Assembly (NCBI GenBank): GCA_965655095.1
Contig: OZ296649.1
Location: forward strand, 27,094,001 to 27,158,000
DNA: 64,000 nucleotides
From: Haplodiscus bocki
Lineage: Eukaryota
Reading direction: 5' to 3'
The notes below the pieces were generated by a model, which was given only the letters and a program-made list of their open reading frames with translations, was not told where the DNA came from and ran no database searches. Of the stretch, positions 1-12,010 are shown piece after piece; positions within the stretch are counted from its first letter, which is position 1; each line of letters starts with the position of its first letter. The translations under genes were made by a program, and so were the position numbers.

Positions 1-760
1 GTATTGTTTTTGGTGCTCATTAACAATTTGCTTGATCTAATCTGGGACATTGACTACTACGCATTTCCTGACGACTTCAAAGTCATACTACGAACGAAAA
101 TGGACTGACAATCTACCGAATTACTTGATTGCTGTACCTCAAAAGAATCACTTCACAGAAAACTTACTTTCAGAAATTACAAACAACGGAAAGGGGAAAA
201 GACCTATAGGCGTGGATAATAACAACAGGCCTCTGGTGGACTGAAATTGCCCAAGGGTGGTTCTACACAGCGTTAAAAGCCCTCTCTGTAATAAAAATGA
301 TCAACTTCTGAAACTTACATCAATCTTCATGCATGCACTCGATATGTAATCCGTATACGCACGAAGGTTTTGCACTTGGAATCCAAATAAAACAGCATTT
401 GGGTACATTGAACGCCTACAGAATACGGCAATCGAATGGATTGTGAAAAGCACAACGCTTTATAAAAAAGACAAGACTAAATTTAAATTTCTACGCGTAT
501 CCCTTCACATTTAAATGGTTGAAGGGCTGTACATAAGCGACTTCGTAAACGGTAAATTTGACAAAGATCGAGACACCTATATTGAAAAAATGGAGATTGC
601 TATCACCAGATAAAAAATACGATGAAAAATCTGATCGAACAATTTAAAACACAAACTCCAACGAGCTTTCGACATTTTTTTTCTATTTAGTAGTACTTCT
701 ATTCAATATCATCAAGAGGAAACGGGACAGAGAAAACCCAGTATTGTCAATACAATTTAA
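1..760 (+). mobile_element. Decayed non-LTR (CR1/L2/Jockey-group) retrotransposon, RT C-terminal part
   Basis: Frame 1 from base 1 reads VLFLVLINNLLD...YAFPDDFKVI (cf. LFLIYINDL...FADD). Later frameshifted segments read TWNPNKTAFGYIERLQNTAIEWI and FVNGKFD, typical of the post-RT region of LINEs. Multiple stops. Confidence 0.7.
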
Positions 761-1439
761 CAGTACTCTTTATTGGGATTTTTCCTTACAATTATACTGT
801 CATGCGCTCCTGGACAGTACTGTGCAACTGTGGAAATTGTAACCCGGAAGCAATACTTTAATTAGATTCACCATGACCGGTGAAAAACCTTGTTTTGAAT
901 CCTGTCCAAAATTGTTACCTACTACTAATTACTACCAATAACAAATAATTTCCGTTTTATCCAGGAATTTGTCAAATTTTTGAAATATAGGGGCTTTCTG
1001 TAGTGATGAACGAACGAAAGTTTGTTCATATTATAAAGCTTTTCAGATTGTTTTGCATTTTTTGAAGCAAATTCAATCTTCCGCGAAATGTGTTCCTTTT
1101 CGAGTACAAATTGTTAGAAAATGGCAGAGCGTTGGAAAATGGCAAACGAAATGTTTAGTTGTGTGAAACCTGAAATAACAAACTGGTTTTTCGTGAAGAA
1201 CTTTGATGTAATAAGTTCAAGTGATGCACGTTTATGTAAAAATTACGTGGAAGTATTCACCGAAATTAAGTGAAAACAAATACATAAAAAGACGGCCAGT
1301 GTCGCAGTACACCTGCAAAGACTGCGGTCAACAACAGAAAAGACACCCTACCAACAGAAAAAACACCCCAATGCACAGTAAATTCAGTCTCTCATACTTT
1401 CATTTGAACTTTAAACCAAAACTTTTATACAAAATTATA

Positions 1440-2290
1440 ACTAGTGTACAGACATACGCGTACGTGTCTTATACGTATCTACAACCAATGTATATATATA
1501 TTGGAACTTATTTTATACGGAACTAAACTGATCCAGACTAAGACGGAACTGTTAAGGAATAAACGAGTATTCATAGAGTATTTTTACCTGAAAGGTGCTA
1601 TTTTTATATTAATATATTTATTTAATAAATAAATAAAAAATCCACATTTTTTGGTGAAATTAATTTGATTGATTGCAATAAGTGCTGTTCAATATATGGC
1701 TTATAAACAGATTGGTGCATTAAGCAGTTTGACCGATTTACTTTGTTTTGACTCTCGGACTGAAAATTTGTTCCGTACGTGTTCCGTCGCTAGTAGTCTG
1801 TTGACGTCACTTCCACTCTATTAACTATGTCGTTCTGCAGTGCTGTAGTGAATACGGAGTGACTCTGGATTCACTCCTCATTTGAGCACATCCTGCTTCA
1901 TTCTATTAAAATTACTAGTGAAAGCGGAATTATCCGGAAACCACTAGCCGCTACTAATATGAATGAGGAGTAAACTAGTAGTGCTACTAGTTTCTCTTCA
2001 TTTCTAAAGAGTAAAGACTTATGAACTAATTGATGACAAACTGTGCATGAAAGTGATGAATATTTATACTTTTCACTTTACTTTGTCATTTTGTAAACTA
2101 CTTAATGATACTTAATTTTTACTAAAGACAAGCATTGTGTATTTGTGTTTTTATTTTCTTGATTAAGGAAATATTTATTCTTTTACATTTATAGGTCATA
2201 CATTTATTTAGCTTGTAAATAAAATGTCGGCAGGGGAATATACAGCTTGATATCCATCTCTGACGGATTAGGTCTGTCCATTTTCTGCCG
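1440..2290 (+). repeat. Dispersed repeat family A, copy 1 (probably terminal/UTR part of a retrotransposon)
   Basis: tgttccgtacgtgttccgtcgctagtagtctgttgacgtcac (~1769-1810) and gacggattaggtctgtccattttc (~2262-2285) match the reverse complements of ~34417-34458 and ~34021-34044. Confidence 0.55.
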
Positions 2291-2689
2291 AAAGATGGAT
2301 AGGACGCGCCCTATGAGGGAAGAAACGGACGGAAAAGCTGTCTTTTTCCCGCCAGAGTTGGCATACCGACTTTGATTGACTAGTGATGTAACTACTTTTC
2401 TGTAATCGTACTGTGACTTGGCATGTCAACAATCATGTTTCCTTCCAATGAAGGGAACAAATTGAAAAAAAAAATTTATCATTTTTCGAGAGTTCGGACG
2501 ATAATAACCCCTATATTTTCACAACAATTATTGAAACTGTTAAAACAAGTTGATTTTCCTTCTTTAAAAAGACAATTCAGTATGAATCGCTGTTTATTCT
2601 TTTTCCCGTAGAACGTGGCAATTTTCAGAAACATTCGAAAACTTGCCGCCCTTAGCAAAGAAATTTGTGAGAAACATCCTAGGAGTAAC

Positions 2690-2992
2690 ATGGCACAAAA
2701 CTCAAATGTTCCCAGATGACAAGAGGACTATATAATTCAAGTTTCTGAGGAAATTGAGGGTAGAGTAACGAAGAAGCTGTCCCAGGAGTTCAGTTGAAGG
2801 GAGAGACGCATTTTAGGCGCACTACCTTGTCTCGATGACTTCTTTCTGAACCCGCTAATTCTGGGCTAATCCGGAGACGTCCCGGAACACACTAGGCACA
2901 AACCAAGGAACGAACCAGGATGACTCCGAGGGTGATCCTCATCCTGAAGCGAGTGTCTGTTAGAGTCAGATTACACGAAACTCTGGCCCAGA
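2690..2992 (+). mobile_element. Fragment of the 5' ORF of an LTR retrotransposon family (other copies at 33300-33720 and ~44540-44680, minus strand)
   Basis: Reads QEDYIIQVSEEIEGRVTKKLSQEFS..RRILGAL..LDDF. The minus-strand copy near 33600 reads PKINEEYITQVSEQI...RLLGAESKLDEF. Confidence 0.55.
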
Positions 2993-3000
2993 AAACACTT

Positions 3001-3845
3001 ACTACAACCGGCTACCACCGACATATTTTGCGCCTTCTCATTTTCGTAAAGAATGTTTTTAAAAGATGAAAACGTTGTTTTTCGAAAAAACATTATTTTT
3101 TCATCATAGTTTCTAATTTTTCCCAACGTTAAAAGATTTTTGATATTTTGCCAAAAAACATCATAAATAGGGCGGAAGACATTTTTAGGAAAAAAACATT
3201 TGGTTTGCATTGTACAGCAAATTTACCACCTTTAGCGATTTCGAATGAAATTCAAGTTTTGTTTTCGAGGAACCCATTTTTTTTTCAAAAAAGACCAAAT
3301 TTTTGTTTCAGCCGCGGCAATCTTGTCAATTTTGGCAATCTCGGCAGTATTGGAAATCTCGGCAATCTTGGCAATGTTGGAAATTTTAACCATTTTAGCC
3401 TTTTTGGCATTTTTGGCCATTTTGACTTTTTTGCCATTTTGGCTATTCAGGCCACTTTGGCCATTTTGGCCACTTTGGCCCTTTTCGCCATTCTGGCAGT
3501 TCTGCCCTTTTTGTCCATTTTGGCCATTTCGCTTTTTTGGCCATTCTGGCCATTTTGGCATTTTTGTCCATTTTTGCCATTTTGGCCATTTCGGCCTTTT
3601 TGGCCATGTTGGCCATTTTGGCCACTTTGGCCATTTTCGCCATTCTGGCCATTCTGGCATTTTTGGCCATTTTGGCCTTTTTGGCCATTTTGGCAATCTT
3701 GGCAAATAAATTTCACGACGACCCGAGTTAACATCGTTTTTAGCGCGAGCTCAAATGGCAAACATCGGGTAAGAAAACGCACCTATTTGAGAGGAAGATT
3801 TTGCTTTCCATATTCTAAAGAATATGTCGCAAAATAATAATAAGG
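3001..3845. mobile_element. Non-autonomous dispersed element (copy 1, with an internal 9-bp array); copy 2 at 35733-36242
   Basis: Shared left end ccggctaccaccg...ttttaaaagatgaaaacgtt and shared right end tggcaaacat.gggtaa.aaa..gcacctatttgaga...gcaaaata.taata with 35733-36242. Confidence 0.7.
3316..3705. repeat. 9-bp tandem array (TTTTGGCCA)n, about 43 units
   Basis: Directly visible. The unit has no stop in any frame, which produces the stacked WPF/GHF/LAI/NGQ/MAK/KWP ORFs in the ORF track. Confidence 0.95.
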
Positions 3846-4431
3846 AAAACTAGTGAGGGTAATAATTAACTGCTTGAAGACATGCATGTTTTCTAATATT
3901 TTGAATGTTCGTCGCGGTATAGTGAAAGGCAAAACAAAAGGAAATGTTCTTGTTTCTTACTGCACTCTTTGATGTTTTGAACGACTACGTGGCGGCTCTG
4001 GAGTTGATGACAACCTGGTTCTGCCTCCACTGCCAGCACGTTTTAAATTCTTCTTTAGTAGGATGTGCTATGTTGTATTAAACGACGCTTTTTTGAGCTG
4101 TAACACCTGCCTTCATACGAAATGTTTCTTCATTCTCCATTTTTTGTTTTCCACCTATTAGCCTTAGCAGCAGTGGATGCAGCCGTATAAACATTCAAAT
4201 CAGTTCTGGCTTCACTCCTTTTTAATTTTCAAACAATGCGAAATACTGTTGGTGTAATCTAGATCCAGTTACACTGTTACGCAATCTTATAGTGATTAAG
4301 CTGAAACTATAGAATGATTTCATAAACTGCTGCAGCATCGTGCCATTCATTGTTTCGAAATCCTTAGCATAGTTGTTGACTGTCCTGTATTCATTAATCA
4401 GTTATTTCATTACTAACATATACTTGACAAA

Positions 4432-4656
4432 ATGGCAGAAGCCGTTAAAGTTATCGTGCGGTGTCGACCGATGAACCAACGTGAGAAAAACTTGGGATGT
4501 GCCGAAATAGTTTGCATGACTTCAGGCATACAGTGTGCGATTGTCAACCCGGAAAGTCCAAACGACCCGCCCAAAGACTTCACTTTCGACGGTGCTTACT
4601 TCACTGACAGCACCACGGAACAGATTTATAATGACGTCTGTTTCGAACTTGTCGAG
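4432..4656 (+). CDS. KIF17: Kinesin-2 (KIF17/OSM-3-like) exon 1
   Basis: MAEAVKVIVRCRPMNQREK...PPKDFTFDGAY...TEQIYND..FELVE, then a phase-0 GT donor at 4657. Closely matches the KIF17 N-terminus. Confidence 0.93.
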
Positions 4657-5439
4657 GTAACTTTTCTTATTTCTATAAAGGGGGCTAATCATTATTAATT
4701 TTTTATAAAGACAAATTGGCTATTCCCTTCAGCCACCATGTCTTTTTTTCGAAAATTTTTCTTCATAGTGGAAATTAGAATTTCAAAAAAATAACTAAAA
4801 TATTAAATATCACATATTACAGATTCTGACTACCTTTTTATGTTGCTATTGAGAAACAACGCTTGGTAAATCTCAATACTCATAATAATCAGAAAATGGA
4901 GCCAATGAAGTCTTGTCAGAACTAATAGAAGGAAAAAAAACTTTCATTTTACTTGAAAAACACTGAATTACCTCAGATTTAAAAAAATCCTCTGGCGATG
5001 TGAAAAAGCAATATACAAATTACGTTACATTTGGCTGAAAAAAAAGAGTTTCTCGTGAGAAGGGTTTTCGTGAATGAGATCTTGTCCTTGAGTGTGCAGG
5101 GAATTTTTATGAAGTTTCGAAAAGATTAATGTTTTTTTTCCGCACCGTTTCATCGATAATTGTATCCTTAAGTGAATGAAGCAAAAGCCAAAGCTGCATC
5201 AGTTTCGGAGCGATTGAAAGAAGTCTGTCCACTAAGTGTTGTCAGAGACTGCACAGTTAGAAACTCAAATTTTTAAGAACTTTTATTGATTTTATACTGA
5301 ATAATTTCGTGTCCTCTATCTCTGTGGACATCCTGTCTGATCCGAAGATTGTGTATTGAAACCGGCCATGCCCAATTATATCCTGTGCAAACGTTGCATT
5401 TTTAACGTTACCAGTGTGTCAAAACAGTAGTGATTTTGA

Positions 5440-5694
5440 TTAAATGAAAGCCTGGGCAGAAATTCGACAACTTCTGAACTTATTTTCTCGAAGCACATTG
5501 GTTTTACCAGTAAAACAGTATAAATAGAAGGTTTTTAGAATTTCCATTCCAATAATATGGATATATACGATGCCGCGAAACCGAATGCCGGGTGAGTTGA
5601 CAAAAATTTCCTCCAGGCCCGGATTCGAACCTGTGCAGACGACGGGTTCGAAATCTTTCGCCAGACGCCTTATCCACCCGCCCACCGCTCACTC
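5440..5694 (-). mobile_element. tRNA(Ser/Leu-type)-derived SINE or tRNA pseudogene
   Basis: Minus strand has an A-box-like GTGGGCGGGTGGATAAGGCG and a perfect B box GGTTCGAATCC (5621-5631), with long variable-arm spacing. Acceptor and anticodon stems do not pair. An AT-rich body follows; the 3' end is uncertain. Confidence 0.6.
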
Positions 5695-7147
5695 GAAAAA
5701 TGCTACTGAAGTTGTATAGATTGTGTCAACTTTCGGAACAGTCATTTCTTGCAGTACAATTACAGAAAGACAGTTTGTAATAGTTCGAGTTCTCTTGGTT
5801 GCAACTTTAACTCTTCCCCTGGTAATTTGTGGTATTGCTTTCAGACCAGAATTTTTACATCGCGTCAAGGTTTTTTCTGACATCTGCTTCAGTGAATACT
5901 CGGATTTCAGAGACGTTAGTTGTTCGGAGAAATAAACAGGTTGTTGTTTGAACGAAGGAACCTGTTTTCATTCCGAAGACGCTGAAGTTCCTGCTTGCAT
6001 TTGCAAAGGAGCGTACCGAGTGGAAAGATTTGACAAGTACATGTGATAAATTTGACAAAGGTCCTTGAATTGTATAACGAACGCTCTGTAGAAAAACTGC
6101 AAAAGTTGGAACAGAAGGAACCACTTTCCCCATAAACTTACAGGAAGACCACAAAACAAAATTTCAAAACAACGTGTCAGCTTTATCGCAACATATAATT
6201 GTGAGAGAAGCTGATTCCTTCAACATGAAGCAAAGAAAGCCCGCTATTTATCTTCTCTATACAAGAATTTCAAAGTTTACCACTTGGCTAGATTCACTTA
6301 CGAATCAACACGATTAGTTGCTCAGCACAACAACAAAACTGAAAACGGAAGCAGTTCCGGGACTATTGTGTAATATCGTCAAATGGCATATTGTTTGATT
6401 TTTCTCTCTTGCATTGCGATTCAGACGCGCTTTCTCAGAAAATTTCGTTGAATTTGCCTGTTGCTTATTTATATCATTTCAACTATTTCCCAATCAGTTG
6501 GCGCCTCTGCTCATTCTGGACCAGTTCTCGAAATCTACAAATCTGGATTGAATTTTTGTCAGTTACGGTCAACTTTTTTTGCACAAAGGCACAAGAAGAA
6601 CTCTGCTTTTACTTTGTCACTAATATCATGATACAAAAATTTCTTCTCTTGATTATACTTAGGCTTTTGATTTTTGCATTCATGCAACTTCGAACCTATT
6701 AATACACTCCTTGTTTGAGGATCTGTCAATTAATTTTTTTCACAGAATTAAGTAACTGAATCTGACTGCATGCATAAGCAGATGCAGTTCAAAGACGCAG
6801 GCCATATCATTTTGGATATCATTTCTCAAGTACAACGTTCACCCCATTGATCCGAAAAACAAACTTGGATGAACAGCAAGTCAGTCATACTTGACTTGCC
6901 AGTTATTGATTTAGAAGTATCGCGACATAAAAAGCAACATTTTCTTGTCGAGGAATTGTTTGTTCACGGACACCACTACAACAAAACTATTTTGTTCCAA
7001 ACATTGTACAAATTACTTACTTAGCATTCATAATTTTGGTTGCTGGTTTTTTAAAAATGAGGCTCCATCCGCCGCATGTGAAGACCAAACAGTGTGGTTC
7101 TCGCTTTTCAGTGACACAGTTGGATGCATTTCACCAAATCTAGTATT

Positions 7148-7760
7148 ATGAACAAGAAAGATTTCATGACCAGCAGACTATTTATATCGTTGGTTAGTCC
7201 AGATGATTTTGAAAAGATTAAACTCCTAATGCAACGCTTGCGCCACCTACATTTTTGTACCCATCTATTGGCAAAACTTACTACTTCTATCTCTTTGTCC
7301 AATTATCACCGGATTGCACTTTGAAATGATTAAGAAACTAGAAACTGTCAACTTGTTTTTGATGATTCTTCCGAAGAAAAGTATCAGGAGAAAGAGTCTA
7401 TCAAGGTTACAGTTGCGGGTCGTCAAAAAAGCTCTTTCAATTTTTGTCAAACTTATTTTGTCCCACCAAAGGATTAGTCTCGAACCCTTGACCTAAGTAC
7501 AACTCATATTGCCTTGATCAAATGAACACGCGATGTTCGCCAGTTAGATTGTTTTGAGCGACAGCTGAATAAAGAGAACTTCAATAAAAGTTGTTACAAA
7601 AAGGCCACATCACAACCTCTTGGCCATTTCTCAATTGTCTTCGATCATTGGACAAGCGATTTTTCACGTTACCGTTCAATTGTTGTCGGTCATCACCCAA
7701 ATAACTTTTTTCCCTCATCGTTCACCAATGAAACGCTTTAAGCAAATGAGTGGGAAATCA
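7148..7760 (+). pseudogene. Polinton-type (A32/FtsK-like) packaging ATPase relic
   Basis: Across frameshifts: RLFISLVSPDDFEK (eroded Walker A), CQLVFDDSSEE (Walker B), VAGRQ, SRTLDLSTTHIALIK*TRDVRQL...KKATSQPLGHFSIVFD. Confidence 0.7.
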
Positions 7761-8689
7761 TTGCATTCACTAAAACATTGGCAAGGAAACAAGAAAAAGA
7801 ACCGACAACAATACGCATGATTGTTGCAAAAAGAGATAAAATTCCTTTGTGAATCGGCACCTAACTATAATAATGCTGACGTTTATTCAAAGCTGACAAA
7901 TTGATGAATTTCGTAAAGCATTTCAGAGTTTTCGCGCATCTACGACAGATACGCGGCGAAGGCATGCTTTGTCGTCAGTCAAAGGCATTGAGCTACTCCA
8001 TGGAAACAATCGCCTTTGCTTTTCTTAATTGTCACAATGACTGTAGAGAAGTTTGTTTGGATACAAAAAGAATTCTGTGGAATAAGATTAATAGCCAAAA
8101 GTATCAGAAAAAGTAGATCATCCAACTTTACCGCAAACAAATGCCCTCTGTTGCTCTTCTTCAACGACATTCTTCTACAGATAAAAAAACAGACGGAGAG
8201 GATGCAAAAACGAAAACACAAGACGTTGGAGAAGCAGCAGTTTCAAATAAAATGAGCGAAGTGTTTTGCCAGGTCTGTCAATGCTGCAATCTTTTGCGAT
8301 CGAAATGTCTAAACCGATGCAGGAAAATTTTCAGGAGAACCCATATAAGGTAATTGACAAGAAGGGTGTGCTGATGATTGGTGACTGTCCAACTTCACTT
8401 AAAGCAACAACTTTCCAATACATCCTGCAGCAAAACAGAAAACAGTTGGCCAATCCAGACTAGAAATTAATTTTAGAGAAACTTCACATTTTTCTCCAAC
8501 TAGTTGCAAACAGCAAGGCCAAGCAGATTGTCAAACCAAAACATGCCGAGACGAGAGTTTTGTCTCCACCAGAAACCACACTGTGGAAACCTACACCCAA
8601 AATGTCTCAGAAGGACGAACAGCAGCGTGGCGTAACTTCTGGAAACAAAAAAAGAACTTCGAAACAGAAAAAAGTAATCAAAAATTGAT

Positions 8690-9560
8690 GACAATAAAGA
8701 CCGCAGACAAATGTTCAGTGATCGAGAACCAGCTACACAACAAAATTTGAAAGGTCTACAGAAAGTTAGCACAGCCTCATGTGCCAAAATCGAGTCATAT
8801 CTCGGAGGAAAAATATACAAAAGATTTTTCAACAGTTCCGATGGAAATTTCCTCAAATCAAATTTTTTGCCCAGAACTTCAACGGAGTTGGTCGAAAGAT
8901 GTGGCCTACGTTGACAAACTGGCCAATTATTTTATTGGACTCAACTACTTGCTCGTTTCAGTCCATGTTTTGTCGCGTTATCTTGAGTGCAGCCAATGCC
9001 AAAAAAAGCGCTCATGATGCAGCTAAGGCATTGAGAAAAGTGAACGAGTGCAGTCGCAAAGTATGTGTGGTCCGATAGGCGAATAGATATCACGGAAAAT
9101 TTCAAAAATTTCCGTCACAAAAAGTGCACTGACACAAAGAAAACATTAGGTGAAAAGAAATTTGCATTGACTGAACTCAACTTGCGTACTTAAAATCATT
9201 ATATACAAACATTTGAAGAACAAATGGACCTAACATTACATATTAAGATTGTAATCTTTTGTCAAGATCATCAGTTCCTGATTTAACTGCGTTACTTGCG
9301 TAATGCCACACAAAATTACAAACCAGTACATTTAGAAACTCTTGTCTCTAGCTCCCGATTGGTTGACCAAAAATGTAAGCAATTCAAGATTCGCATTTGG
9401 TAATAGAGTTCTTAAACCCAAAGGAAAATTACCATTCAAAACAGGAAAGAACTAAACATTTCTAACGAAAGTTTGACATTCTCCGAAGTCGTCACGTTAA
9501 ACGATCCATCATAAAAGCTTGGAGACGAGATTGGGAGACTAACACGGAAAAACTCTGCGG
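8690..9560 (+). pseudogene. Polinton-type retroviral-like (rve) integrase relic
   Basis: WSKDVAYVDKLA...YLLVSVHVLSRYL, then VWSDR (second Asp), KKFALTELNLR (cf. AFAERNIR) and YKHLKNKWT, with frameshifts. Confidence 0.75.
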
Positions 9561-9594
9561 GCGCGAAACGAAGAATTCAACATTCACTGAGCCC

Positions 9595-10400
9595 ACAGTA
9601 TCAATGTTTTTTTACCCCGCAAATACAAAGGCTAATTCTGGCTAGTTAGTTCTTCATCCAATTCAACAAGAATGTGATTGAGGTGTTTCTTTGGCCAAAA
9701 TCATTTTCCTTTCCAGCGTTAAGAACATAAAAACAAACGAATGTTTTTTGTAAAGTTAAATTGTATTCAAAAATTTTTCCAAACCATAGTTTTTTGAATT
9801 TCAGGTATCACGCAAAAGCTGGAAAGGCGCTGCAGATGTCCTTTTTGGTGATTACAACAAAATGTAAGATATCTTGAGAGTAATTGAAAAGGGAACCCGT
9901 GTTATTTAACCAATTGAGTTGTGTTCAACCAGAATTAAAGAGCAAGTATCTCTTGTGGTTAAGGAAAAATATGATGTAAATTTCTAAAACCTCAGTATTC
10001 TACATCTGTTGGAGATCGAGGCGGATCCCAACAAGCACTGAAAAGGAACTTGTTTTGTGGGCAAGCCAGAAAGAAACAACACATTCCCAATGATCTCCCT
10101 CCAGATCCTAGAGCTGGTACAAACATTTAATAGCAAACACCAGATTCATTGAACAGAAACATGTTGCGGGCTCAAGTCACTTGTTGCGAATCTTTGATAA
10201 CCAAAGAGGGTGTCAAACGGTTTTCCATAAGTTGACTCAACCACATTTCATCAAATAATCTCCTAAATCCTTTTTTCAAAGCGGGTAATTCCATCACCAT
10301 TGAAGAATTCCAACCCCAACTTGTTACAGTACTGGTCTGACACTTCATTTTGTTTAATAACGCAAGTCTTGCATTGACAATGAAAGTCAAAAAGTCTTCC
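9595..10400 (+). pseudogene. Polinton minor capsid (penton-like) relic
   Basis: N-terminal FYPANTKANS...PIQQECD*GVSLAKIIF (cf. YP.NT...F...PI.L.G.W.VAL.EI.FP); C-terminal ...LALTMKVKK. Confidence 0.5.
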
Positions 10401-10449
10401 AAGTAGAACAAAAGTTCTCACAACAAGTCTTTTTACCTCGGTTCAATAG

Positions 10450-10750
10450 TCACACAAGACAAGAAGGCGTTGGTTTTGGTTCACTAGCAAGTTGTTGCTC
10501 GGACAGCTAAACCACGAAAAAAGTTTTTCTTCCTGGACTCGATTCAATTGGCAAAAAAACGTTTGCAGTGAGACTTCTAGAGATGGTTGAAACTGCATCA
10601 AAAAGAAAAGCAAGCAAAAAGGCTGCAAAATGCGAGTACGAAAAACTTCCATGAAGCAAGAAGTGGGATCAGCGAAAAGAAAACGCAGATTCCTCATATG
10701 CACAAACTTGTTTCGGACAAGTCGGTCAAATTCATTTTCAAGAATCAAAA
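10450..10750 (+). pseudogene. Polinton basic core-protein-like relic
   Basis: HTRQEGVGFGSLA (cf. RQ.G.GFG motif) followed by Lys-rich KRKASKKAAK; lies between the minor and major capsid relics. Confidence 0.5.
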
Positions 10751-10779
10751 ATTTGCCTAACTTGTTACATCTTTAAGCA

Positions 10780-12010
10780 TATCGCAGCTCAATCGATGTA
10801 ATCTGAAGACCCTTCTACTCATCACATATCACACACCACTTGAGTACAAAATTGGCCCTACTTTTGCTTCTAATGGACCAACACTGGAGTTCAAAATTGC
10901 AGAATGTCGAATCAGTTTTATTGATCTACAAGCCTTTTAGGTGGAAGTAAAATGTGAATTTACTAGACCAAGATGAAGAGAGTTGGCTAACGACGCTACA
11001 ATTTTTGCAAACAACAATTAATTTTTCCCTGATTTACACGCTCCTTTCTTTGTATCCTGAATGCAGTACAGTGGCGAAAAGAATAAAAATTTCATCTCCA
11101 AAAGAACTACCCACACACTGTTTTTATTGAAGCAAACTTGCCTAACAACAAGACGGCAAAAAACACTTGGTTGAAATCTCAGGAAAGCTCCATTAAATCG
11201 AGACCTAAAAACTTCACAATAGCAATTCAAAACAGCCAGAGTTGGAAACCATGAGTTCATAGGGGGTAACTTTTGTTGGAAACGTACGATCACTTGTTTT
11301 TTTGGTGACAAGCATCTCTTGAGTGTAGTTACTTTGCCAGTTGTTTGAAGAGGAACCCAGTATTCATCTTGATAGTCGACGATGATGCGAAAAATCTCAA
11401 AGTTGAAAAAATTTAAACAAATTCATATGTTCGCAGATTGATTGTTGCAGACAAAATTTACAACATCATCAAGACTACACTTATCACGATGCCAGCATTG
11501 TATCGTTAAAGTCAAACTCAAGCCAAAATTTTTGTAGTTTCAACAAATCTACAGTGCTCGGACCAAAAAAATGTTTCTGATATAGAGCTTATAAGAAAAA
11601 CCGTTTCTGTCTTGACAAACAATGCTCAAGTTATGGATGCTGAACAAACAAACCCATCTCACTGCAAAAAAAATGATTCGAACAAAATCACAATTTGTCG
11701 TAACCACTCCTAATTGCCGCTACAACTTTGATACCAACTTTGATGCATACAGAAAGATTTACTTGATTTCGTTGGAGGCTCCTGAGTTTGGGCATCATGG
11801 TCATGATATTCCTTGTCTCGAATATCCAAATCATTATCTGGTGGTGCTCAACCTTACCGCATTCGGCAGGCATCAAAGAAACACCATCATCCCAAACTGA
11901 CGAACGCTACAGTTTCAATCAGTTTACGCTATCCAGGACATACGCAAACAGTACGCAAAATTATTCCCCGGAAGGAAAAAACTTCAACGATTCAAACTGA
12001 TTCTGACTGA
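10780..12010 (+). pseudogene. Polinton major capsid protein relic
   Basis: YKIGPTFASNGPTLEFKI...SFIDLQAF*VEVKC; FFGDKHLLSVVTL; C-terminal GHHGHDIPCLEYPNHYLVVLNLT...PKLTNATVSISLRY. Confidence 0.7.

Noticed and set aside
3316-3705. CRISPR-like array
   Set aside because: Contiguous 9-mers with no unique spacers, eukaryotic context and no cas genes.
3148-3837. Long overlapping ORFs on both strands (collagen-like GQN repeats, WPF and MAK repeats)
   Set aside because: Artefact of a stop-free 9-bp tandem array inside a dispersed repeat; no splice or domain support.
4411-4438. Perfect TACTAAC 21 nt before the KIF17 ATG, suggesting an upstream exon or trans-splice site
   Set aside because: No polypyrimidine tract, and the first AG lies inside codons 2-3. 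MAEAVKV already matches the natural KIF17 N-terminus, so this is probably chance; 5' RACE would settle it.
5611-5694. Functional tRNA gene
   Set aside because: Acceptor and anticodon stems cannot pair; treated as a SINE head or pseudogene.
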